The notes under the pieces: model-generated
Database searches by the model: none
Seen by the model: only the letters and a program-made list of their open reading frames with translations
What the model was told of the DNA's origin: nothing
Position numbers and translations under genes: made by a program
Shown here: positions 46,519-54,510 of the stretch, one piece after another
How positions within the stretch are numbered: position 1 is the first letter of the stretch
Layout: each line of letters begins with the position of its first letter
NCBI GenBank assembly: GCA_028714635.1
Contig: JAQTLZ010000001.1
Span: 79,650-143,649, forward strand
Source of the DNA: Minisyncoccota bacterium
GTDB taxonomy: Bacteria > Patescibacteriota > Minisyncoccia > Phycocordibacterales > JAQTLZ01
Reading direction: 5' to 3'
DNA length: 64,000 nt

Positions 46519-49500
46519 ATGAAAAAGAATCATAAAATAAAATCAATACTTCTTCTTGGTTCCGGCGGACTCAAAATCGGCCAAGCGGGAGAATTTGATT
46601 ATTCCGGCTCACAGGCGATCAAAGCATTCAAAGAAGACGGCCTTCGAGTGGTCCTCATGAATCCAAATATCGCGACAGTTCAAACCGATGAAGGATTTGC
46701 CGATAAAGTGTATTTTCTCCCGCTCACTTTGGAATATGCTGAGAAAATAATTGCCGATGAGCGCCCCGATGCCATCGCCCTTTCTTTTGGCGGACAGACG
46801 GCGCTGAACCTCGGACTCGAACTTGAAGAAAGCGGAATTTTGGAAAAATATAAAGTGATCGTGTTGGGAACTCCAACTTCAGCTATTCGCGATACGGAAG
46901 ACCGCGCCCTTTTTACGGAACGCTTGAAAGAAATTGATGTTCACACGGCGAGAAGTTTTGCCACATCGAATACGAAAGAAGCCCTTGAAGCTGGCAAGAA
47001 AATCGGCTTTCCGCTCATGATGCGCTCTGGTTTTGCTTTGGGTGGCGAGGGTTCAGGGATGATAAAAAATCAAAAAGACCTTGAGATAAAAACGAAAGAA
47101 GTATTTCGCTCTGTCTCACAAGTTCTCATCGAAGAATATCTTGGCGGATGGAAAGAAGTTGAATATGAAGTGGTGCGGGATGTGTCTGACAACTGCATCA
47201 CTGTTTGTAATATGGAAAATGTCGATCCGATGGGAATTCACACAGGCGAATCAATCGTAGTTGCGCCATCGCAAACGCTTTCCAATCGCGAGTACCATAT
47301 GCTTCGCGAAGTGGCTATCAAAACGATCCGCCATCTTGGAATTGTTGGTGAATGCAATATTCAATACGCTCTCAATCCTGAAACGAGCGAGTATAGGGTC
47401 ATTGAAGTGAATGCTCGGCTTTCGCGCTCTTCCGCTCTCGCTTCGAAAGCAACTGGATACCCGCTCGCATTCGTCGCCGCAAAACTTATTTTGGGATACA
47501 CCTTGCCCGAGCTTAAAAACAATGTAACGAAAAGTACGACTGCATGCTTTGAACCAGCGCTCGATTATCTCGTCATGAAAATTCCGCGGTGGGATTTGGC
47601 GAAATTTGAAAATGCCGCGACGCGTATCGGCACGGAGATGAAAAGCGTCGGGGAAGTGATGGCGATCGGAAGAAGTTTTGAGGAAGTGCTTCAGAAGGGG
47701 ATTCGGTCGCTGAATATCGGTGCAGATGGTTTTACCGCCCAGCATAATGGGGGATTTATAATCGCTGATGTTGAGGGAGAGATACGCGAGCCGACCACAC
47801 GAAGAATTTTTGCGATTGCTCAAGCACTCCGTTCGGGCATGAGCGTTGCGAGAATCCATGAACTTTCAAAGATCGACAAGTGGTTTCTCGAAAAAATGAA
47901 AAATATCATTCTCACAGAGGAGAAGATACAAGAGGCCAGGAAACTCGATGACACTCTTTTGAAGGAAGCGAAACAGAACGGATTTTCTGATCTCCAGATC
48001 GCAACTCTTCACAAAACTACGGAAGAAAGAATCCGTACCATTCGAAAAGGCAGAAAAATTCTGCCGGTTGTAAAACAGATCGATACCCTTGCCGGAGAAT
48101 TTCCCGCGCGGACAAATTATTTGTATGTGACTTACCATGGTACGGAAGATGACGTAAAACCTGGGAAGCGGGAGATCGCTGTTATTGGAAGCGGGCCATA
48201 TTGTATCGGATCTTCGGTTGAATTTGATTGGTCATGCGTGCAGGTTTTGAAAACACTTCGCAAAGAAAAACGCCAGACTGTGATGATAAATTGCAATCCC
48301 GAAACGGTTTCCACTGATTATGATGAATCGGATCGGCTTTATTTCGAAGAACTTACGCTTGAGCGAGTGCTCGATATCGCGGATTTTGAAAAACTTGAAG
48401 GAATTGTAGTTTCTACTGGCGGGCAGATCGCCAATAACCTTGCGCTTCTGCTCAAAAATAACGGCTTGAAAATTCTCGGCACCTCTCCCGATGATATTGA
48501 TAGAGCGGAAGATAGGCACACATTCTCAAAACTTCTTGATCTTCATGAAGTTGATCAACCGCAGTGGATCGAGGCAACCAACAGAGAAAAGGCGCTTCGC
48601 TATGCGAGTGAATTTGGCTATCCCGTTTTGGTCCGGCCTTCATATGTGCTTTCCGGTTCGGCTATGAGTGTTGCTTATGATGAGCAGTCTCTTATTCAAT
48701 GTTTGGCAAAAGCGGCCGATATTTCAAGTGATCATCCTGTAGTCATTTCAAAATTTATCGAGAACGCACGCGAGATAGAAATCGATGGCGTTGCACAAAA
48801 CGGAAAACTTGTCATTTATGCCATTACCGAACACGTGGAAAATGCCGGCACTCACTCCGGTGATGCTACAATTGTGCTCCCTCCTCAACGCACCTTCCTT
48901 GAGACAGTGAGGCGCGCTAAAAAAATTACAAAAGCGGTGATTGCCGAGCTTGAAATTACCGGTCCATTTAATATTCAATTTTTGGCAAAAGATAATCGTA
49001 TTCAGGTTATTGAATGCAACGTCCGGGCTTCGAGAAGTTTTCCATTTGTTTCAAAAGCTACTGGATATAATTTTATCGAAATTGCCACTCGGGCAATGCT
49101 CGGGAAGGATGTGCGCGGGGAATATAAAACGCTGGACCTTGATCATGTGGTTGTAAAGTCACCCCAATTTTCATACGGACGCATCAAAGGCGCTGATCCG
49201 ATCGGTTATGTGGAGATGGGTTCGACGGGAGAGGTGGCCTGTTTCGGAGATTCATTTGGAGAAGCACTTATTTCTTCAATGCAGGCATCGGGAATGCGGC
49301 TGCCGAAGAAAAATGTGCTCATCTCGCTCGGCAAGGAAGAAAATAAAATAAAACTTTTGTCGGCGCTTCACTTGCTTGCACAGCTTGGACTTACTCTTTA
49401 TGCGACGGAACATACCGCTGATTTTTTGAATGAGCAGAATATAAAATGCGAAAAAGTTTTTAAAATTCACACCGGTTCAACTCCGAATGTGCTCTCGCTT

Positions 49501-49677
49501 ATTGAAGGCGGGAATCTTGACCTTATTATTAATATTCCGGCCCGAGCACTTTCCCGCGAACGCGAAGACGGCTTTATCATCAGACGCAAAGCGATTGATC
49601 ACAATATTCCTCTTATCACCAATCGCCAGCTTGCCGAGGCTTTTATCGTCGCGCTTGCGGAGAAACACAAGAAATAA
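46519..49677 (+). CDS. carB: Carbamoyl-phosphate synthase large subunit
   Basis: LLLGSGGLKIGQAGEFDYSGSQA with a duplicated ATP-grasp (second copy IAVIGSGPYCIGSSVEFDWS). MGS-like C-terminal domain. Confidence 0.9.
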   Translation: MKKNHKIKSILLLGSGGLKIGQAGEFDYSGSQAIKAFKEDGLRVVLMNPNIATVQTDEGFADKVYFLPLTLEYAEKIIADERPDAIALSFGGQTALNLGLELEESGILEKYKVIVLGTPTSAIRDTEDRALFTERLKEIDVHTARSFATSNTKEALEAGKKIGFPLMMRSGFALGGEGSGMIKNQKDLEIKTKEVFRSVSQVLIEEYLGGWKEVEYEVVRDVSDNCITVCNMENVDPMGIHTGESIVVAPSQTLSNREYHMLREVAIKTIRHLGIVGECNIQYALNPETSEYRVIEVNARLSRSSALASKATGYPLAFVAAKLILGYTLPELKNNVTKSTTACFEPALDYLVMKIPRWDLAKFENAATRIGTEMKSVGEVMAIGRSFEEVLQKGIRSLNIGADGFTAQHNGGFIIADVEGEIREPTTRRIFAIAQALRSGMSVARIHELSKIDKWFLEKMKNIILTEEKIQEARKLDDTLLKEAKQNGFSDLQIATLHKTTEERIRTIRKGRKILPVVKQIDTLAGEFPARTNYLYVTYHGTEDDVKPGKREIAVIGSGPYCIGSSVEFDWSCVQVLKTLRKEKRQTVMINCNPETVSTDYDESDRLYFEELTLERVLDIADFEKLEGIVVSTGGQIANNLALLLKNNGLKILGTSPDDIDRAEDRHTFSKLLDLHEVDQPQWIEATNREKALRYASEFGYPVLVRPSYVLSGSAMSVAYDEQSLIQCLAKAADISSDHPVVISKFIENAREIEIDGVAQNGKLVIYAITEHVENAGTHSGDATIVLPPQRTFLETVRRAKKITKAVIAELEITGPFNIQFLAKDNRIQVIECNVRASRSFPFVSKATGYNFIEIATRAMLGKDVRGEYKTLDLDHVVVKSPQFSYGRIKGADPIGYVEMGSTGEVACFGDSFGEALISSMQASGMRLPKKNVLISLGKEENKIKLLSALHLLAQLGLTLYATEHTADFLNEQNIKCEKVFKIHTGSTPNVLSLIEGGNLDLIINIPARALSREREDGFIIRRKAIDHNIPLITNRQLAEAFIVALAEKHKK

Positions 49678-49694
49678 CGAGGGTTTTACTGTTC

Positions 49695-49723
49695 TTGATA
49701 ATTTTTCCGAATTACAGTATTAT
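49695..49723 (+). promoter_or_regulatory. Candidate sigma70 promoter TTGATA-17-TATTAT for the KH-domain gene
   Basis: Read directly from the sequence; about 55 nt upstream of ATG 49780. Confidence 0.35.
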
Positions 49724-49779
49724 AATTTCATTACAAGAACGACCGCACACTCAAAAAGTGGAGGTTTAAGGCAAATATC

Positions 49780-50106
49780 ATGAACGAACAAGACACGCAG
49801 TTTCTCGAGTACACAGTGAAGGCTTTAGTAGACAATCCAGGGGACGTAAAGATTGTGCGAACGGTGGATGAGATGGGAGTTCTCATGACTCTCTCTGTCA
49901 ATCCAGCGGACATGGGAAAGATCATCGGACGAATGGGTAATACTGCAAAGGCTATTCGAACATTACTGCGAGTTGTCGGAATGAAGAATAATGCTCGAGT
50001 AAATTTGAAGATCAATGAGCCGGAAGGAGGAATGAAAAAAGAATACCCCTCTCAAACCCCGAATATGAAAAGTGTTGATGAAGCTATGGCGGATTTGAAG
50101 ATCTAA
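49780..50106 (+). CDS. KH-domain RNA-binding protein (YlqC/UPF0109 family)
   Basis: GKIIGRMGNTAKAIRTLLRVVG contains the KH GxxG loop. This is the small KH protein that normally follows rpsP. Confidence 0.75.
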   Translation: MNEQDTQFLEYTVKALVDNPGDVKIVRTVDEMGVLMTLSVNPADMGKIIGRMGNTAKAIRTLLRVVGMKNNARVNLKINEPEGGMKKEYPSQTPNMKSVDEAMADLKI

Positions 50107-50177
50107 TACAAAAATTTCAAGAAAAAATCTCCGAAAGGAGATTTTTTCTTTTGTTCTTAAAATGCTAGCATTTAGGA

Positions 50178-50441
50178 ATGAACGAATTGGAACAAGTCAA
50201 AAAGGATATACAGGAGATAAAGGAAAGGAACACTCGAGTTGAAATGGACAAGGCTTGGGAAACAAGTCTTTTTCGTAAGATTCTCATTGCCGTTTTGACG
50301 TACATTGTCATTGTTCTTTTCTTCACTTTTGCTCATTTACCAAATCCGTTTGTGAATGCTATTGTCCCCACTCTTGGATTTCTTCTTTCTACGCTTTCAA
50401 TTTCTCTCTTTAAACGTCTTTGGATGAGGGGAAATAAATAA
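50178..50441 (+). CDS. Hypothetical small 2-TM membrane protein
   Basis: 87 aa. Amphipathic N-terminus followed by two hydrophobic helices. Confidence 0.35.
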   Translation: MNELEQVKKDIQEIKERNTRVEMDKAWETSLFRKILIAVLTYIVIVLFFTFAHLPNPFVNAIVPTLGFLLSTLSISLFKRLWMRGNK

Positions 50442-50977
50442 TGGAAATTTCTATTTTGGGGGAGAAGGTAGAAATACAAGAAAGTTCGCGAGCTCGGCAT
50501 TTGCGGGTTATTGTCGAAGTTGATGGGAAGGTAAGAGCAGTTATGCCGGTGGGGTATTCGGAGCGGAAACTTGCGGCGTTTTTCGAAGAGGTACGCCCCC
50601 GGATCGAGAAGAAAGTTTTGTATTTTCAAAAGAGGAAACACAAAATTCATATCAAATCGAGTCGAGCCGATTTTTTGCGCCTTAAAAAATCGGCGCTCGC
50701 GCTCGCAATCTCCCGGCTCGAACATTTCAATCAGTTTTACAATTTTAAATATAAAAAAGTTTCAATTCGTAACCAAAAAACCCGCTGGGGAAGCGCGTCG
50801 CGGAAAGGAAATCTTCAATTTAATTACAAAATCGCCCTTCTCCCGCCGGAGCATCGCGACTACATTATCGTCCACGAGCTTTGCCACTTGGGCGAGTTCA
50901 ATCACTCCCGCGCATTTTGGGCATTGGTCGCAAAACAGATTCCTCGGTGGAAAGAGTTGCGGAAGAGTCTTCACTAG
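50441..50977 (+). CDS. YgjP/DUF45-family zinc metallohydrolase
   Basis: HELCHLGEFNHSRAFW contains the HExxH...NHS motif of the M48-like DUF45 family. It overlaps the previous stop (ATGG). Confidence 0.65.
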   Translation: MEISILGEKVEIQESSRARHLRVIVEVDGKVRAVMPVGYSERKLAAFFEEVRPRIEKKVLYFQKRKHKIHIKSSRADFLRLKKSALALAISRLEHFNQFYNFKYKKVSIRNQKTRWGSASRKGNLQFNYKIALLPPEHRDYIIVHELCHLGEFNHSRAFWALVAKQIPRWKELRKSLH

Positions 50978-50987
50978 TAGGGTTGTT

Positions 50988-51731
50988 CTATTCCGGAGAG
51001 GGAAGTGAATCCCAAAGTGTTTCAAAAAGTATTTTTCTGGCTTCTGCGAATTTCTGATCTTCTACAATGAAAAGGGAACCCTCGTATCTCCGTGCAAGAA
51101 AAGCCACAAATTTAGTCGAAATAATTTCAGTAGAAGAAAATATCCCGTGTTTTTCCGGAAGGAGCCGAGAAACGCGGTTTTCAGAAATGTCCTTCTTGGT
51201 AATCTTTCTTGCATAGATTGTATCAGTAATAATCTGTCTGCTTTTGATCCCTAACTTCTTTTTTTTGTCGATAATGTCGTCTAAAATATATTTTTCTTTC
51301 ACAAAATCCAGAAAGCTTCGTCCATCGGTGATAATGAGATACTCCCGCTCCTTCGACTCAAATAGCATATTCCAAACTTTTTTGAATCCCGCTGGCCCGG
51401 AAAGAAAAGAAATACGGGGGAGGGGATTTCGCTTTTTTTGAACCGAATCGTGTCCTTGCATCGCCATTGCGTCTTGGATTTTTTCTTCCGCCAATTTCGC
51501 GAGCTCTTCTGGGGCGATTGCTTTCCAATACGTTCTTTTACCCCGAAGTATTTCAAAGATTGCCCCAGAATTCTCAAGTTCCGGAAGAAGGGAATAGAGG
51601 GTCGTTCGTTTTATTCCCGATGCTACGGCAATTTCCGCCATAGTCGCTTCATTAAGAGAAATAAGCGCGGCATAAGCTTTAGCTGATTTCTCTGTGAGCC
51701 CGCAGGCGAGAGCTATATTTTCTGGCTTCAT
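50988..51731 (-). CDS. TrmB-family transcriptional regulator
   Basis: N-terminal wHTH LTEKSAKAYAALISLNEATMAEIAVASGIKRTTLYSLLPELENSG matches the TrmB N-domain pattern. About 150-aa C-terminal domain. Confidence 0.65.
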   Translation of the reverse strand: MKPENIALACGLTEKSAKAYAALISLNEATMAEIAVASGIKRTTLYSLLPELENSGAIFEILRGKRTYWKAIAPEELAKLAEEKIQDAMAMQGHDSVQKKRNPLPRISFLSGPAGFKKVWNMLFESKEREYLIITDGRSFLDFVKEKYILDDIIDKKKKLGIKSRQIITDTIYARKITKKDISENRVSRLLPEKHGIFSSTEIISTKFVAFLARRYEGSLFIVEDQKFAEARKILFETLWDSLPSPE

Positions 51732-51887
51732 ATCTAGAGTTTACAGGAAAAGGAAAATTTTGTCCAAATTTTCGACAAAACCCATTGTGAGCTTGTCTAG
51801 AAAAGGTACATTGAAAGAGGAAATGCGAAAAGGTTCTTTTACAAGCATTTACAAACAGGGCTATCATGCCCGGAAAGGAGGCCTATC

Positions 51888-52817
51888 ATGGCCGACAGGT
51901 ACGGATTGTTTCTCGGAGGCGTGTCCGGTTCAGGCAGCCCGAGAGTGTTTCAGAAGATGTGGTTTCAAGGGGAGACGCTGTTCAAAGCTCCTCTCGAACG
52001 CGGTCGTTTCGGCATTCATACCACGTCGCTTGGAATCGCGGCGGGCGACACGGGGATCTTTGTGGATTCGGGAAGCGGCATTACTGACGTTGCTGAGTTT
52101 CTGAAGCTTCTCGAAGTTCCTTCTGTCTACGGACTTCAAACTCACGAACACAAGGACCATATCGATACGCTCCACAGAAATCCATTCTTAGGGCAATCGG
52201 CAGGAATGCTCAAAGAGTATTTCTGGCCGAGACTTCTCGGACAGTCTGCTGATACGTTCCAGAGATCGTTTATGGATTGGCCGGTCGGACCGGTGGAGAC
52301 GAAAAGGCCGAAGATCTTTATGCCCGAATCTCTGCTCGATCTCGGCGCCGTGAAAGTGGCGACGTATTTGCAAAACCACGGCTTTGATGTGGTTCGCAAG
52401 TCTCCTGGTTTCTCTCTGGGTTTCAGAGTGGAGACGGCTCGGGGAACAATCGTTGTCGCTACAGATCATGAAATCGGACAGGACCCGACGTACCGAGAAA
52501 AATGCGCAGCATTTTTCTCGGGAGCAAAGATCCTCTATCACGATCTGCAGTACCGTGCTCGTGAGTATGATGGTACGGTCGGAATATGCGGTGGCACTCC
52601 GATGCCTCGAAAAGGCTGGGGGCATTCCACGCCTGAAATGCTTCACGAAGTCGTGAGGCTTTGTAAGGAGCCGATCGGCACTCTTATTCTCGGACACCAT
52701 GATCCGGAGCGGCACACTGGGGACCTCGAAAAGTTTGAAGGCGAAGTCCAGAAACTTTTCACTCCTCTGTGCGCCAAGGTCCAATTTGGCCGGGAAGGTA
52801 AGTACTATAGTTTGTAA
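51888..52817 (+). CDS. Metallo-beta-lactamase-fold hydrolase (GC-rich, strong SD)
   Basis: LQTHEHKDH is the HxHxDH motif, with later His/Asp ligands (ATDHE, GHHD). AAAGGAGGCCTATC lies before the ATG. About 53% GC. Confidence 0.65.
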   Translation: MADRYGLFLGGVSGSGSPRVFQKMWFQGETLFKAPLERGRFGIHTTSLGIAAGDTGIFVDSGSGITDVAEFLKLLEVPSVYGLQTHEHKDHIDTLHRNPFLGQSAGMLKEYFWPRLLGQSADTFQRSFMDWPVGPVETKRPKIFMPESLLDLGAVKVATYLQNHGFDVVRKSPGFSLGFRVETARGTIVVATDHEIGQDPTYREKCAAFFSGAKILYHDLQYRAREYDGTVGICGGTPMPRKGWGHSTPEMLHEVVRLCKEPIGTLILGHHDPERHTGDLEKFEGEVQKLFTPLCAKVQFGREGKYYSL

Positions 52818-52926
52818 ATGTGGTGTTCGCGGGGTTCGTTGTTATGACGGACCTCGTTTTTTTATCGGATATTTTTTGTTAAGTTAAAAAATTTGAGAAA
52901 ATACAGGAATGGTCTAGAGTGTATAT

Positions 52927-53739
52927 ATGGAAGAATACATTTCCCGTATCTATGAAGAAGCTCTCAAACGCGGCTATAGCGGTAGCAAAAAAGAATTTAT
53001 CGAAACAGAAATAAAACGAAGTGTGGTTTCGGAAATTCCGCAACTCGAGGACACGCTCGATACGCATTTTGTTACGCAAGCTGTCACTTTTGGAACCGAC
53101 GAGCCGAGCTACTGCGAGCTCATAGGTTCAGAAGAAGTGTTACGACTTCGCGCAGTAGGCGAGGCAAAATTTCTTCTCCTGGGCTCGCTCGGGTCTTATT
53201 CTGCCCGCGAATTTAAAAATTTTGCACAAAAAATCTCCCAGAAAATAGAACCGTTTGTTGTTGATATTGATCCTGTATCCGTAGAGAAAATCAAAAGGGA
53301 ATGGGGAAATACAGAAAATGTCATGGAGACAGACGCTCGCAACTTGCCCTTTGGCGAGGAAATTTTTGATTACGTTTTTACGAACAGGCTTTTTCATGAT
53401 CTCGTGAGGCGAAGCGGACACCAAAGAGATATCGAAATTGTGTTTCAGGAAGTATCACGAGTACTGAAACGAGGTGGAAGTTTTGTTATCGCAGAAGATT
53501 TGTACGGAAATTTTGCAAAAAAGCGCGATAGTACAAGAATGAAAAGAGAACTTATCTCTCTGGCAGGAAAGAATAGTCTCAAGGTGCTGAAAACTCTGGA
53601 TGATTTGATCGAGTTTCCATTCACCAAAGAGAGAAGTTCAGCAAAGTTTGATAATGACGGGAAACCGAATTACGGAGAAGCATTTCTTCTCAAAAATTTT
53701 CCAGGGTTTACTTTTGGTGCGAGGTTTGTGAAATCTTGA
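52927..53739 (+). CDS. Probable class I SAM-dependent methyltransferase
   Basis: LLLGSLGSYSAREF (Gly-rich motif I-like), VVDIDPVS, DYVFTNRLFHDL and VLKRGGSFVI fit the type-11 MTase layout. The motifs are degenerate. Confidence 0.5.
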   Translation: MEEYISRIYEEALKRGYSGSKKEFIETEIKRSVVSEIPQLEDTLDTHFVTQAVTFGTDEPSYCELIGSEEVLRLRAVGEAKFLLLGSLGSYSAREFKNFAQKISQKIEPFVVDIDPVSVEKIKREWGNTENVMETDARNLPFGEEIFDYVFTNRLFHDLVRRSGHQRDIEIVFQEVSRVLKRGGSFVIAEDLYGNFAKKRDSTRMKRELISLAGKNSLKVLKTLDDLIEFPFTKERSSAKFDNDGKPNYGEAFLLKNFPGFTFGARFVKS

Positions 53740-53769
53740 AAAAAGTCAAAAATGTGTTAGAGTAGCACA

Positions 53770-54429
53770 ATGAATTTCAGCGTTATTACTTTATTTCCCG
53801 ACTCTTTTTCCTCATATCTCAATGAGTCTATTATCGCTCGCGCAATTCGAGAGAAGAAAATCTCTGTGAAATTTTACAATCCTCGGGATTTTGTACCTAA
53901 GAGCAAGCGGGGAGGCAGGGATAATAATTATGCTCGGGTGGACGATAAGCCATACGGTGGGGGACCAGGAATGGTGATGGAAGCTGAACCAATTTTGAAA
54001 GCTGTTGCAAAAGCAAAAGGGAACAAGAAGAAAGTAAAAATAATTTTATTTACGCCAAGCGGAGAAAAATTTACAACGAAAAAAGCAAGCGAACTAGCTC
54101 ATAAAGTGGGGGATGTAATTCTTATCTGTGGGAGGTACGAAGGTATTGACGCACGAGTGCAGAAAATTCTCAAGGCTGAAAGTATTTCGATCGGCGATTA
54201 TGTGTTAACTGGAGGAGAGTTGCCGGCGATGGTTCTCATTGATTCTGTCTCCCGTCAGATCCCAGGGGTACTAGGAAATTTCAATTCTCTCGAAGAATCC
54301 CGTGTTTCAAGCTCTGAAGTCTACACAAGGCCAGAAGTGCTCACTCATAAGGGTAAAAAATATAAGGTACCGAAAGTGCTTCTTTCTGGACATCACGGCA
54401 AGATTGACGAGTGGAGGGCGCGAAAATAA
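53770..54429 (+). CDS. trmD: tRNA (guanine37-N1)-methyltransferase
   Basis: ITLFPDSFSSYLNESIIARA...DKPYGGGPGMVM...LICGRYEGIDARV...SIGDYVLTGGELPAMVLIDSVSR is diagnostic of TrmD (SPOUT). Confidence 0.9.
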   Translation: MNFSVITLFPDSFSSYLNESIIARAIREKKISVKFYNPRDFVPKSKRGGRDNNYARVDDKPYGGGPGMVMEAEPILKAVAKAKGNKKKVKIILFTPSGEKFTTKKASELAHKVGDVILICGRYEGIDARVQKILKAESISIGDYVLTGGELPAMVLIDSVSRQIPGVLGNFNSLEESRVSSSEVYTRPEVLTHKGKKYKVPKVLLSGHHGKIDEWRARK

Positions 54430-54510
54430 ACCTTCTGTTTTCCCTATAGTGTTGTTGAGCTTTTCCACATTTCTCTAAAAGACCTCCTTTTTTCATAGTA
54501 CAATAGAGGT

